From contig CAWJKZ010000009.1 of assembly GCA_963843575.1 (NCBI GenBank), forward strand, positions 32,001-96,000: a stretch of 64,000 nucleotides of DNA. Direction: 5' to 3'. The DNA comes from an uncultured Acidobacteriota bacterium. GTDB taxonomy: Bacteria; Acidobacteriota; UBA6911. Of the stretch, positions 52,914 to 63,897 are shown piece after piece. The position numbers were made by a program, and so were the translations under genes. The notes under the pieces are model-generated. The model ran no database searches, was not told the origin of the DNA, and worked only from the letters and a program-made list of their open reading frames with translations. The first letter of the stretch is position 1. Each line of letters opens with the position of its first letter.

Positions 52914-55900
52914 TCACGGGGTTTTCTGGCATATATTGTCGAAACGGACGCGCGTCGTGCTGCCCGTGGCATATAGTCCCAGCTTGTCGATGCTTGGAGC
53001 AACGAGCACGGGCTGGCCGAATGCCACTGCCGGGAGGGTCTGGCGCGCCGTGCCATTGATCAAGAGCACAACACCCGTGCTGGTCCATTCCACCCCAAGG
53101 CTGCTGACGGATCCGTAGTTTGTCGCGTTGAGGATGACGAACGTGGTGCGGTCCACGTCGTAGCCTAGGAATCCCGCCTGCCCGGCCGAGGTCACGGCCA
53201 CCCCCAGGCCGTCTATTTTGATGGTCCCGGTTGCCGTGATCAGGTTGAAGGGTTGTATGTCCGAGTAGGCTTCGAAACCGTAGAACGTACCGTTGAAGTT
53301 GTCGGTCTCGACGTCCATCGTCAGCTTGAAGAAATTCGGCACAGGGAGCGGATGGGTCGCCTCCGCGGTCCGGTTCCCCTGGATGGCGCTCACCTGCAGT
53401 TTCCCGCCCGTGACCTGCCAGGTCGAGGTATCGCTCGACACGGTCCAGCCCAGGGCGGTGCCGCCGTCGAAGTCCTCGCCGTAAAGATTACAGGTCGTTG
53501 TGGGAGGAGACACCGTGCCCGTGAACTCCCGGCCGAGCGGAGGGACAGCAGACAGAGCGCTGAGAGTCGTGGTGCCGAAGACCGCAAACGAGGTGATGGT
53601 CTGATCGGCCGTAAGGGTGAAGTAGCCGCCCACCTGTCCGCCGGAGAGCGGCACGAGCTCCGGTAGAAGCTTTGATAGCCGTCCGCCGGCTGGGAGCGAG
53701 AAACGGGAGGTGCCGGTGAGGGTGCCGTCGGCCTTGTAGATCTTCAGGTCGACGCCGGCCGATGTGGCATTGGGATTGAAGGCGGCGAAGCCCGTGAAAT
53801 AGCCTGCACCGTTCGCCACCTGAGCGAAGGCCGCGAAGTTCGACGGATTCGAGTCCAGCGGCAGTGACGTCCGGAATTCGGCGGTGCCGGTTGGATCACC
53901 GAAACTCACGTCGCCTACGACACCGGCGATCGTGCTGTCGACAATGATGGAGCCCACGACGAGCGAGGCGGAACCGAGTCCGAACATCTGTCCCGCATCG
54001 CGCAGATATTGCTGGCCCGGCCCCAAGGTGATGCTCACTGGGGAAGCAAGAGAACCGCCGCCTTCATTGACCGCGCGAACCGTCAGATTGGTCGTCAGCG
54101 TCGTCGGGTTGACGATGTTGAACCTCGTGTAATACGCGTTGCCTCCGTGCGCGAGCTGCGCGGAATAGAGCTTCGTGGCCGTCGCCGACCCCTCAACCAG
54201 AGTCTGCGCGTTGAGCATGGCGATGGAAGTGCCGGACGTTAGGATCTCCGAAGCGACGACGGGGTGGTCCGCCTTGACGATCAGGTAGCCGAGGAATGGG
54301 CTGGCGAGCGGGCTGAAGAGATCCTGAATGCGGCGGCTGAGTTTCTCCCGGGGCTGCAGGACGACTTCGGTGGATCCGACGGCAGCCGGCGAATTGGTGC
54401 GTAGCTCGAGCGTCATCACGACCGGGAAGTTAGTGGGATTGGCAATTTGGACTTCGGTTGTGGTGGTGGAATCATACTCAATATCCGTGAGGACGACGGA
54501 TGAAGCGTGAGTCCCGGAGACATCGGCGCCGTCCAAGACGGTGTCGCTGCCGAGGAGTTCGAAGCCCACGACGCTGTTCTTGTCCGAGCGCACCTGAACC
54601 CAGCCGGTGTTGGAGCTTTGCACGAAGTTGAAGAACTGCTGGGCGAGCTTGGGAACCTGCTGTCCTGGGGCCAGGGTGGCGGTGGCAGGGTTGGTGACGC
54701 CAGTGCCGGTCTTGGTGGAACCGTCGTCGGAATAGGCGGTGAGGGAAAAAGAGGCAGTTTCCTTGCCGAGATTGAGAAGGCCAATCCCGTTATAGAGCGA
54801 ACCGGTGCTGCGCAGGATCGGAAAGTCGAGACTTTGCCGGCTGAACGGTCCGAGGACGCCGGCGGAAATGTAAGGCCCGAGGCCGTCCACGCGCGCGGTG
54901 GCGGTCTTGTTTGCAGTGTCTACGACGGTGTCGTAACTGGTCAGTTTGCCGGTGGTCGTGTCGTAAGAAACGACCTTCAGTGCGGATTCCCTAAAGTTAG
55001 GATCGTCGGGGAGGTCGTCGGCCGTGTAACTGAGCGTGACATCAAAGGTGGAGGGCTGACTGCCGAACGGGGTGGAACTGGTTCCAGGAACGGGCGGATC
55101 GATTTGCCAGAACGCGTTGATGGCGAGGAAGTCCTTGAACGGATCTGCCAGCGCCCGAACCTCCCCGAACGTGCCGGCCGCTTCGGGCACGGCACCGGGG
55201 GCAGCGCTGCCGGATTTCAGAAGACCGCTGGAAGCGATATCGCCCGCTGTGCGGATGAATTTCACGACTTTGTTAGCGGCGTTCTGAACCGTCTTCACGT
55301 CGAGGCCAAGCGCGCCGGCGACCTGCCCCGCCGTTGAGGAAACGGTTGTGTCAGGCGACTGCAATTTATTGTAGACCACATACTTGCTTTGCACCTCGTG
55401 AAAAAAATCAGTGAAAACCACGGCGATCAGGACCGCATTGTCGGGGATTGTGTACTCAAACGTCCAGGTGAAGACGCCGCGCAACTCCATACTGCCATCA
55501 ACGGAATCCACATCGGCCGACGTGTACAGGCCCGGCTTGAAGAATCCCGAACTTCCGATGGGACTAACCTCCGCGTGCAGCTGGACGCCGGGGCCCATCT
55601 GGTTGTATTCGAGCTCAAAGGAAAAATCCACGGTCTCGCCTTTGATCAGCTTTGCGGTCAACAAGGGCGAATATCCTTTGGGTACAATGTGTAAGCGTTG
55701 GACAGGCAAAGGCTTGCTTTCTGCTTTCACCGGCTCGCTTCCATCCGAAGGGTCCAGAACAGCCGCAAACGACCAGGAGTCGGCGTCCGTGTAGACCATC
55801 TGATCACCCGACAGCCAGATATACTCCTTTTGTTCCGTGCCGCTGCCGACGTCGTGGATAGCCAGCGATGCGACTCGCAGATCCTCTCGCTCGCCGGATT

Positions 55901-57530
55901 TGGCATAGCGCCATTCGTTTAACATAAGTTCAATCTTCCCACTCTTTCCGGCGTGGTCGAAAATGATCTCGATCGCGAGGTCGGGCGGACGTTCGTTGGG
56001 GCTGCTGGTGCGTAGTTTTGATCCCCCGTGTAAGTGAGAAGTGGTCCCATGAAACTCATCGAAGAACGTATCCACACGGCCGGTTTTTTGCTCTCCCCAA
56101 AATACCTTTACGCTTTGGATCCTGGCGCTGGCGTCGCTACGGACAGAGTAGGTAACCACATAGCTTGTCGCCAATATGGTGGTTTCGGCATAGATCATCA
56201 CGGCCTTGAGTTGGAGCTTTGTGGTCCCCTTGACAATCTTGAACGCCGGCACGGTCATTTCCAATTCCCCTGTCCCGTTCGAGCGGCTTACGTTTGCGAA
56301 TGCCGAGGCACCCTGCAGGACATCCTTCTCGTTGAACACGCGCAGGGAGAGCAGGGCACTCGACCTCGAACCCAGCGCGTATTTCACCTTGGCGCTGAAC
56401 CCCTGGGTCGTCTCCTCCTTGAGGACCGTACCTTCCTTCGGCACCTCGTTTGAGAGTATCAGGGAATCGGCGGTGCCGCCTGTTGTGGCCGCCCTGACGG
56501 ATATTTCCTGCGGACTGTTGGAGGCATCCGGCGAGGAGATTGTGATCTTGCCGATGTTGTTTCCGGACGATAAACCCGCCGGATCGACCGTCACGGTCAG
56601 CGTGGCGGAGGCGCCTTGAGCCAGGGAGCCGCTGGCGGGATTCACGATAAGCCAGCCCGAAGCGAGGTCCGCACGACTTGGCGCTGCCGCCCCGCCCGTC
56701 GAAAGCTCGGCCTTCCAGTTAAGAGTTCCTATGCCGCTGTTAGACAGGCGGACAGTCTTTTGTTCCGCCACGTCCCCGACGACGCCGAAGTCGAGCGAGG
56801 TCGGATCCAGCGTGATCACCGGGCCTGTCACAGGCTTGTAAAAGGTCTTGATCTCGATATCGGGGCCTGTGGATTTTCGAAAAGTTACGGGAGCATAGGC
56901 ATCGAGAGCGCTGAACTCGCTCTTGGCGCTGCCATCAATCTCGGCTTCGTTGAATTTAGATAACGAAACCGCCGTCATCTGGCAGCTAGACTCCTTGAAG
57001 TTGGGAATCGAATAATCACCGGGGGCCGCTATTTTTTGGCTGTCCGAATAGCCATAGCATCCGACGAAACCTCCCGCATTCCACATAGAAACCTGGGGAG
57101 CAGGGGAGGATGGGGAGGCCGGGGTATAACTCCACGTCCAGGTGCCCTTGAGTGCCGCCGAAGGAGTGATCGGCGAGTCCAGCACAAGACCTCCAGGGCC
57201 TGCCCTCCCAGTGACAGTATTCGGGAAGTTGAGCACCAGGCTCAGGTTCTTGAGCATTATGTTGGGCGAGCAGGAGAACTGCGTACCGTCCACGGATGTC
57301 GAGCCAGAGGCGGTTTTGATCGTTTGAGTGATGGGCGACTTGATGCCGCAGCCGTCGTAGGACGTGCCGAAATTCCCGATGGTCAGTTCGTGGCGGTCAA
57401 ACTGAAAGACTGCCTGACCATGCGTCGGGATTGCCGATAGAGCAAACCACAGAACCGCCAGGATTCCTGTCGGAGAAAAATTGCGAGTGAGTGGCGATAG
57501 TAGGGTAGTGTTCATGGTTTCCCTCGACAC
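52914..57530 (-). CDS. Large secreted multi-domain protein (BACON/Ig-like, four repeat modules, C-terminal lectin-like segment)
   Basis: 1538-aa ORF with signal peptide, Ser/Thr/Gly rich; BACON-like LSNSG.GTLNW..WL.V.PASG; repeats similar to those in 35331-37775. Confidence 0.8.
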   Translation of the reverse strand: MSRETMNTTLLSPLTRNFSPTGILAVLWFALSAIPTHGQAVFQFDRHELTIGNFGTSYDGCGIKSPITQTIKTASGSTSVDGTQFSCSPNIMLKNLSLVLNFPNTVTGRAGPGGLVLDSPITPSAALKGTWTWSYTPASPSSPAPQVSMWNAGGFVGCYGYSDSQKIAAPGDYSIPNFKESSCQMTAVSLSKFNEAEIDGSAKSEFSALDAYAPVTFRKSTGPDIEIKTFYKPVTGPVITLDPTSLDFGVVGDVAEQKTVRLSNSGIGTLNWKAELSTGGAAAPSRADLASGWLIVNPASGSLAQGASATLTVTVDPAGLSSGNNIGKITISSPDASNSPQEISVRAATTGGTADSLILSNEVPKEGTVLKEETTQGFSAKVKYALGSRSSALLSLRVFNEKDVLQGASAFANVSRSNGTGELEMTVPAFKIVKGTTKLQLKAVMIYAETTILATSYVVTYSVRSDASARIQSVKVFWGEQKTGRVDTFFDEFHGTTSHLHGGSKLRTSSPNERPPDLAIEIIFDHAGKSGKIELMLNEWRYAKSGEREDLRVASLAIHDVGSGTEQKEYIWLSGDQMVYTDADSWSFAAVLDPSDGSEPVKAESKPLPVQRLHIVPKGYSPLLTAKLIKGETVDFSFELEYNQMGPGVQLHAEVSPIGSSGFFKPGLYTSADVDSVDGSMELRGVFTWTFEYTIPDNAVLIAVVFTDFFHEVQSKYVVYNKLQSPDTTVSSTAGQVAGALGLDVKTVQNAANKVVKFIRTAGDIASSGLLKSGSAAPGAVPEAAGTFGEVRALADPFKDFLAINAFWQIDPPVPGTSSTPFGSQPSTFDVTLSYTADDLPDDPNFRESALKVVSYDTTTGKLTSYDTVVDTANKTATARVDGLGPYISAGVLGPFSRQSLDFPILRSTGSLYNGIGLLNLGKETASFSLTAYSDDGSTKTGTGVTNPATATLAPGQQVPKLAQQFFNFVQSSNTGWVQVRSDKNSVVGFELLGSDTVLDGADVSGTHASSVVLTDIEYDSTTTTEVQIANPTNFPVVMTLELRTNSPAAVGSTEVVLQPREKLSRRIQDLFSPLASPFLGYLIVKADHPVVASEILTSGTSIAMLNAQTLVEGSATATKLYSAQLAHGGNAYYTRFNIVNPTTLTTNLTVRAVNEGGGSLASPVSITLGPGQQYLRDAGQMFGLGSASLVVGSIIVDSTIAGVVGDVSFGDPTGTAEFRTSLPLDSNPSNFAAFAQVANGAGYFTGFAAFNPNATSAGVDLKIYKADGTLTGTSRFSLPAGGRLSKLLPELVPLSGGQVGGYFTLTADQTITSFAVFGTTTLSALSAVPPLGREFTGTVSPPTTTCNLYGEDFDGGTALGWTVSSDTSTWQVTGGKLQVSAIQGNRTAEATHPLPVPNFFKLTMDVETDNFNGTFYGFEAYSDIQPFNLITATGTIKIDGLGVAVTSAGQAGFLGYDVDRTTFVILNATNYGSVSSLGVEWTSTGVVLLINGTARQTLPAVAFGQPVLVAPSIDKLGLYATGSTTRVRFDNICQKTP

Positions 57531-57649
57531 TCCCGATTAGATGCGGGAAATCCGTTGAATTGCGGTCAAAATGAGGTTGTCCGATAAGCGTTCTTAGCAT
57601 TCGTCGAGGCTCTTCATTTGCTTGGTTTCGATCCGGATCCGATTTCCGG

Positions 57650-57820
57650 CCACACGCCGGCGCAGGCGCCAACCATTTCCAGGTCGGCCACAAACGCACG
57701 GGCAGTACTTTGACGGCAACCTGGCGTTTCAGATTGGTGTCTTCGGCGAAACACCTCGCCCATCCCGCCTGCGCCGAGCTTTTCGATGATTCGGTAACGC
57801 GGGATGGTGTTGCCGATCAT
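57650..57820 (-). pseudogene. N-terminal scrap of Hanks-type Ser/Thr kinase
   Basis: YRIIEKLGAGGMGEVF, then in a shifted frame AEDTNLKRQVAVKVLP. Confidence 0.8.
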
Positions 57821-58248
57821 GGAGAGTGTCTCCAACGGCTGCTTGCGCACTGCAATCTGAAGCAATTGAAGGTGGCCCCATTATAAGCGGGTGATGTGGC
57901 CGCGGGTAGCGGAATTGGCAGCACTTGGTCCGGAGCTTGGCCACACACCGGTCAATTGGACAAATTGGGGGCTAATGGGAAAGGTGAAATCTCCCCTGGC
58001 TCCCAAGCAGTCCCTGTTCTGGGAAACCGACAAATAGAGACGGTGACGAAGCGAGGTTCGTGGCGGAACATATACATGACCGTCGGGACGAATACGGTGG
58101 GACGGAGCCCGGCCGTAGCCGAGCACGGAATCTTCTCGGTAGCGAGCGGCGGCGCGTTACTGGACCATATCGTCTTCAGCGGTGATCCACTTCGCATCGG
58201 GCGACAGCTTCCAGTTAACGTTCACAGGCCGGATCGTAGGGCAGCAGA

Positions 58249-58590
58249 ATGAGGGAGCCGTGCGTCACCCCGCAGAGACCATGCTCTTACCCTGGGGGCA
58301 GATGCGAGCGGCACCGCGTACAGGAGCGGACCGAGTACGGGCGTAGGCGCGGATCGGCGGCCGACAGGGGATACGACGGTAGGTGGAGGCGGCTCAGGCA
58401 GCGGGTCCTGAACGAGGAGCCGCTGTCCCGGATCTGCTAGAGGAAGAAGCTAAGGATCAAGGCCGAGGATGTGGACCACATCGTGCCGAATGCGCGGGGC
58501 GGGAGGGACGATCGGGATAACCTGCGGGCTCTCTGCCACTTGTGCCAAAGCAGGAAGACCGCAGAGGAGGATGGGCGATGGGGACGATAG
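58249..58590 (+). pseudogene. Phage packaging-type HNH endonuclease with in-frame TAG at 58438
   Basis: RGYDGRWRRLR..L.EEPL..IC*...VDHIVP..RGG.DDRDNLRALCHLCQSRKT, continuous in one frame. Confidence 0.82.
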
Positions 58591-58929
58591 TGTTCCTACT
58601 GCCCGAGGCGGTCGCCATCCTGACATCGAGATAACCCGCATAGCGCGGGCCCGCCAGGTGCTAGGAGCCCACATTGCGGACCCCAGCCCTGCATCCCTGC
58701 AAGCGGAGGAGGAAGGAATGCAGTGACTGTGCGCATTATATGCAAGACCGCACCAAAACAAACTGCGAACTAGTTCTGACCGCAATCGCTGCCTCTCACC
58801 GTGGCAGGTTTTTATCTATACGACGGTCTTCGGGTGGGTCTACCGGAGAGGCTACGTCGTTCCGGCGAGCGGCCGCGACCTCTCCGGAATGCGAAGGTTC
58901 CGGACGGCGTACCTAGATGGGGCAGAAGA

Positions 58930-59135
58930 ACGGGCCTCGTTGGTCTGCCATCCGACGGAGAAGCGGAAGTTCTCGATTGCCGAGCTCCGGCGCATTTGCG
59001 GCTTCCCGGACGACTTCGCTCTGACCGGCACCTTCGAACAGCAACGGCTCTCGGCGAACGACGTCTGCAGGCTCGAGAACATGAACCCGATCCAGGGCGG
59101 CGACCAGTACGAGAACCCCGACATCACGAGCAATG
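58930..59135 (+). pseudogene. Fused scraps of a C5 DNA methyltransferase C-terminus and an HK97-type portal C-terminus
   Basis: HPTEKRKFSIAELRRICGFPDDFALTGTFEQQ followed in frame by LSANDVCRLENMNPIQGGDQY. Confidence 0.6.
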
Positions 59136-59256
59136 CCGCAGAGTCGGGTCGAGATCGCACGCTATAGCATCGAAATAAATCAGACTACACGACAACTCTA
59201 CATCAGGGCAACTGAAATGACTTGGGTGAGTCCAACTGCCGGTCTCAACCCAACTC

Positions 59257-59453
59257 TGCAATGAGGGGAGTGTGTGCCCCAAAGCCGCATTCGGGGAGGC
59301 AGTTCCGGTGTAAAACAGGGCTGCATTTCAGGCGCAGACGTCGAAGTCGACATATGACCCCTTATCGGAATCTCAGGGAGGGCATGTACCGGGGAGGGAA
59401 GGCTGCCGGATCAGAAGCCTGACGGGCGAAGAGGCAGCTCATCCTTCCTATCC
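59257..59453 (+). repeat. Dispersed ~197-bp element, copy 2, with oriIS-like 3' end
   Basis: Colinear with 22291-22486; ends GCAGCTCATCCTTCCTATCC. Confidence 0.8.
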
Positions 59454-59750
59454 CTACACGCGCTTGGGGCGGGCGCCCGGTCCGGTTGGAGACCCTTCAG
59501 CTGGGGGTCGGCGCCAACGGACGGCGCCATTCCACAGAGAACGGAGCCCTTGCCGCAATCTGTATGGCTGCGGCGAAGTAAATGGATCTCTGCACCGCAG
59601 GAGCGTGGAACATCATTATCGGCTTCACCGCTGGTGCTGTTGCGAAGGTCCTGATGCTGGTCGATCTGGCGCGCGGAATCGGCGAGATTCCGGATGAAGA
59701 AGAGAGTTACACCCGATTACAGATACTGATGTTATTCTACCAAATCTCGA

Positions 59751-61013
59751 ATGTGGAAGTTTCCCGGAATGCCTACAGCACTGCTCATCCTGTCCGCCCT
59801 CCTGCTCTTGACGCCGTCCGCCGGCGCCACGGATCTCCATCAGGTTGCCTTGAAAGCAGGGGTTTCTCGCATCGACATCACGCCCGAGGTTCTGGTGGCG
59901 CTCGACGGGTACCAGGATCCTGAAAACAGGATTTCCGAGGGGATTCACGATCGTTTGTACGCACGGATCTTTGCGTTCCAGGGCGGGCCCAGAAAGATCG
60001 TTCTGGTCTCATGCGATATTACCTCCTTCATGTTCGCGCAGTACTTTCAGGACATCCTGCAGAATAAGTTCAGTCTGCGGCCGGATGAGCTTTTCCTTTG
60101 CGCCACCCACACCCACAGCGCGCCTCATCTCTCGCTCAACAGGACTTATCCCCATCCGAACAACTTCGCATACACCGCCATTCTGCGCGCCAGGCTCGTC
60201 GAAGGCGTCGCCGTAGCCTTGAAGGCGCTCGCGCCTGCGCGCATTGCATTAGGCCGCGGCCGGTCCTCCGTCGGCGTCAACAGGCGCAAGACGATGCCTG
60301 ACGGCGAAATCCACATGGCGCCGAATCCCGAGGGACCCTCGGATCCGGAGGTCCTGGCACTGGCGATAACAAACCGGGATGGCCGCCCAGTGGGGGCGCT
60401 GTTCAACTACGCGTGCCATTCCAGGTCACTCCGGGGATCCAACAGGCTGATAACCGGCGACGTTTTCGGTTTATCCCAACAGTACGTCGAGAGGGCATTC
60501 CGCGGAAACTTCGTCGCCGGAGCCTTTGCAGGCGCGTCTGGGGATATCGATCCTGAATATGTCGTGGACGGCTTCGGTGGCGGACCCGAAAATTCGCAGG
60601 AGCAACCGGTACGGCTCGGCAACCTGCTGGGGGAAACGGTACTCCGCGCGATCGGACAGGCCACAGCCTTGAATGAAAGCCGCGGGATTCGGTCGGCCAG
60701 CGAGCGTGTGATGCTGCCGGGAAAAACCGCAGGAAACGCGAGACCTGTGCAGGTGATCGCCGCAAGACTCGGCGACGTGGCTTTTCTTGGTCTCGATTGC
60801 GAAGCACTGGTTGAGGTGGGTCTGGCGATCAAAGCTTCATCTCCGTTCCGAAACACGTTTATATTGACGGTTTGCAACGGGTGGTCGGGTTATCTGCCCC
60901 CAGGACAGCGCTACGTGGAGGGTGGCTACGAAGTCAATCGTTCCGGATTCGGCCCGGGTGCGGCGGACGAGCTGGTACAACGCTGCGTCCGGCTTCTCGA
61001 GAGCCTGCGCTGA
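59751..61013 (+). CDS. Neutral/alkaline ceramidase-like protein
   Basis: Signal peptide; KAGVSRIDITP, GIHDRLYAR, ATHTHSAP, VNRR, NYACH, GASGDIDP, GYLP..EGGYE. Confidence 0.85.
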   Translation: MWKFPGMPTALLILSALLLLTPSAGATDLHQVALKAGVSRIDITPEVLVALDGYQDPENRISEGIHDRLYARIFAFQGGPRKIVLVSCDITSFMFAQYFQDILQNKFSLRPDELFLCATHTHSAPHLSLNRTYPHPNNFAYTAILRARLVEGVAVALKALAPARIALGRGRSSVGVNRRKTMPDGEIHMAPNPEGPSDPEVLALAITNRDGRPVGALFNYACHSRSLRGSNRLITGDVFGLSQQYVERAFRGNFVAGAFAGASGDIDPEYVVDGFGGGPENSQEQPVRLGNLLGETVLRAIGQATALNESRGIRSASERVMLPGKTAGNARPVQVIAARLGDVAFLGLDCEALVEVGLAIKASSPFRNTFILTVCNGWSGYLPPGQRYVEGGYEVNRSGFGPGAADELVQRCVRLLESLR

Positions 61014-61053
61014 ATTTTCCGGCCACAACACGTCAGCGGGGATTCCGCGGCCG

Positions 61054-61464
61054 CTAGGGCTTGATCAGCTGCTCTGTACGTTCGTCGTCACGCAATTTCA
61101 GCGATGTCTTCGCCCGATCAGCCTGCAGGATCGTATGTGTCGTGTCCGTTTCGCCGAGCAGCATGAGCCCTGAAGCATGATCGGATGTCGTCAATTTGAC
61201 GCGTGGCTTGCCGTCGGCAGTAATCAGCCCGAAGATGACCGTCTCCGGGTAACCGGTTGTCCCATCTGGCATTTTGTATGTCGCATTCGCCGGCTCAACC
61301 TTAAGCTGCGCACGCAGCCGGCCGTTGCCGTCTACGATTTCGATGCCTTGCCCCCGGAGGATTTTGTCGTCTGCTGCATTCACCGGGCTCAACCGGGTGA
61401 GCTGGAATACGAGTAACCCCAAATTTAAAAGTGTGAGAATCAGCAGCAGACGCTGGATCTTCAT
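61054..61464 (-). CDS. Secreted or membrane-anchored hypothetical protein
   Basis: N-terminal hydrophobic helix, GGAG RBS, LRGQGIEIVDGNGRLRA motif. Confidence 0.7.
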   Translation of the reverse strand: MKIQRLLLILTLLNLGLLVFQLTRLSPVNAADDKILRGQGIEIVDGNGRLRAQLKVEPANATYKMPDGTTGYPETVIFGLITADGKPRVKLTTSDHASGLMLLGETDTTHTILQADRAKTSLKLRDDERTEQLIKP

Positions 61465-61859
61465 AGCGTTTTCTCCCGGGTTGACATCGAGCGGCGAGCC
61501 AATGCCTTTCCGCTAATGATAGACACATCTGTTGGCCTGCCACAATGCCGAACCGGGAAGCCGAATGGATGCAGAATTCCCTTTCGTGGCGTCCCTTCGG
61601 CGCAGGCTGCCGGTTGCCATCTGATTTTCACGGCTGTTGCCGTGGGGATCGATTGCGATCGCCGCCGGGATTCGGGTGAGTCCTTGCCCCGCGGTTCGCA
61701 ATTCAGTGCGGCCTCGAATCCATAGCGTACCTCTCCTCGTCCTGCTCGAAATCGGGTTTCCCCAACCTCATCGCCGGAACTTCGGGGGTGTTCCCAAGAG
61801 ACAGGCAAAGATTCCCGCCTGAACGCGATGAGGTTGACGGAAAGACCGGGTGTAGTTTG

Positions 61860-62030
61860 GTTTTCGCAGCTTCTTCACAGCATATGCCGCCTCGGTATTG
61901 GCGGGATCGAGCAGGAAAGCGCTTTCGTAAGACATGGTAGCCGGCACCGTGTCGCCCGTGCCAGCGTATGCCTTTCCCTGCTCCGTATGCACATCAGGCG
62001 AAGTCGGATAGGCTTCGGCATTCAGTTTGT
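61860..62030 (-). pseudogene. Degenerate TPR C-terminal fragment
   Basis: LNAEAYPTSPDVHTEQGKAY...SYESAFLLDPANTEA. Confidence 0.4.
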
Positions 62031-62106
62031 GGTCTCCGACTGCGTCGGCTGCCCGAGCAGTTCCTTCCTGTAGAAAGCTCATGAACGCATGCTGGAGTCC
62101 GATTCG

Positions 62107-63618
62107 TCACTTCACGGCCGTGCCGCGCACGGCGATTGTGCCCATCTGGTACCAGCCATCCGGCCGACGCCCTTCAATCGCCAACCGGACGTGGGGCCTT
62201 CGGGTACGCGGCTCGACGATCGCGATTTCCAGATCGTATTGTCCTTCGGGCATGTCGACTGGAAGGGAGACTGCGCTGTCGTAGATCACATCCCCAGGCA
62301 ACCACCCGCGAATATCGGCATCGGTAACAAGGAGCTCGGTGCGCTGCGCGTTTTTCAGCCGGATGGCGAGCGGCCACTCGTGGTATGCCGGCGCAACTCC
62401 CTTATTCTCCCACCAGGAGCGGAAGACCAGTTTGCCATGAGGCCGGATTTCGGCCGGGCAGGTGAATTTGCGCAGCACGAAACGGTATCCCATTTTCTTG
62501 AGCCATTCGTCGACAAGCGGGCGCCACTCTTCAGGGACGGCGCTGCTCTTGGCATTGAAGGTACTGACGTGCCATTTTAGCGACTGGTCGAAGATGTACT
62601 TGACGATTTCGGAGGTATAACCCTGCTTCTGTTTCCAGCTTCCGAATGTGCCGCAGATCTCGTGGGCGATCGGAGCCTTTTTCCAGGCCTCCGACATCCC
62701 GGAGCGGACGATTTCCTGCGGATAGAGATCGTACATGTGACTCCAGTCGCCCATCTGGGCGCGCCAGAACCCCATGTCGCCGATGCAGTCGCCGCGCCAG
62801 CCGAGGTGACGCATCGACGGGCCCTCGCCGTTGTTCGTCCCGTCGGGCCAGAAAGCGGCAATAGGCGTACCGCGTACCAGCAGGCCCGGCTCGGGCGCGT
62901 CTCCGTTCAGCGGCTGGAAGATCAAGTGGGTTCTCTTGAAATTGTCGAGATACGCGTTGAGCAGGGCGATTCGCGTTCCATCGCTCAATCTGTGGCTGCC
63001 GTCCCCTTCCCCCCAGAAGCCGAGGATGGAGATATCGACCCACTCCAGGTCCGGGTGTCCGTCGTAGCGCTGGCCGAGCGCACGAATCATCCCGCCAAAG
63101 TACTTCACATAATTCGGATTTTCAGGATCGGTGCGCCACTTGTCGCTGGCGAGCTTCGGCTCCGGCCCCATCCGCTTGCGGTACCAGTCCGGGACATCCT
63201 CGTTATCGCCCCCGCCGTAGGGAGCGATCCTCAGGCAAAGCGTCTGACCGCGTTCAGCCGCGGTCTTGAGAGCCTTGTCGAGCATCGCCCAGTTGTATTC
63301 CTCCAGCTGTGGCTCGACATATCGCCAATAGACGCGGAAGTATGCGGTCGTCGTCGCAGGGTGATCGGGATTGGTCAGGTCACCGTCGAACTTCTGATAT
63401 TCGATCGGATGCCCCTCCGTCCATTCGATACCGGGATTCAGATCATCACCGTTGAAGCGCTGGAATGTGTGAAAGCCGATTCCAGGGTTGTTGAGAACAT
63501 CATGGATCTCTTTCGGGCGAACGACCAGGTAGTCGGCGGGGGGCTTGGGGATGCCCTGGCCGATCGCGGGTAAAACGCTCGTGGTTAGCAGAAAAAGCAG
63601 CGACATCAGCTTGCACAT
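62107..63618 (-). CDS. Secreted DUF4832/GH-A-like putative glycoside hydrolase
   Basis: Signal peptide and GGAG RBS; LNNPGIG, YFRVYW..VEP, RYDGHP, GFWGEG, MGYRFVL, WENKGVAP. Confidence 0.8.
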   Translation of the reverse strand: MCKLMSLLFLLTTSVLPAIGQGIPKPPADYLVVRPKEIHDVLNNPGIGFHTFQRFNGDDLNPGIEWTEGHPIEYQKFDGDLTNPDHPATTTAYFRVYWRYVEPQLEEYNWAMLDKALKTAAERGQTLCLRIAPYGGGDNEDVPDWYRKRMGPEPKLASDKWRTDPENPNYVKYFGGMIRALGQRYDGHPDLEWVDISILGFWGEGDGSHRLSDGTRIALLNAYLDNFKRTHLIFQPLNGDAPEPGLLVRGTPIAAFWPDGTNNGEGPSMRHLGWRGDCIGDMGFWRAQMGDWSHMYDLYPQEIVRSGMSEAWKKAPIAHEICGTFGSWKQKQGYTSEIVKYIFDQSLKWHVSTFNAKSSAVPEEWRPLVDEWLKKMGYRFVLRKFTCPAEIRPHGKLVFRSWWENKGVAPAYHEWPLAIRLKNAQRTELLVTDADIRGWLPGDVIYDSAVSLPVDMPEGQYDLEIAIVEPRTRRPHVRLAIEGRRPDGWYQMGTIAVRGTAVK

Positions 63619-63678
63619 GCGGGATTCTCCTGATGATGACAGGACCAGCGTAATTCTCCGGGTAGCGGAGGTCAAGAT

Positions 63679-63897
63679 ATGTCGATGATCGTCCTTCGCA
63701 AGGGAGCGGTTGCCCCTGGGGACACAATCAGGCAGGCGCAGGCGAACGACGAAGGCCTGACAGTGCTGGATATCGTGAACCTGTACACGTCGTACGCCCC
63801 GTGCCAGGAACTCCTGCGCCGAGCTGCCGCCCTGCCAGCGCTTCGGGACGCCAGGAAACGAAACCTCGGAAAACAGCTACTTCGCACCGGTGGATGA
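63679..63897 (+). CDS. Possible small hypothetical protein
   Basis: 72-aa ORF with GGAGG upstream; no recognised motif. Confidence 0.3.
   Translation: MSMIVLRKGAVAPGDTIRQAQANDEGLTVLDIVNLYTSYAPCQELLRRAAALPALRDARKRNLGKQLLRTGG

Noticed and set aside
59582-59700. GlsB/YeaQ/YmgE-like gene (IIIGFTAGAVAKVLM)
   Set aside because: Only about 15 residues resemble the family; at most a scrap.
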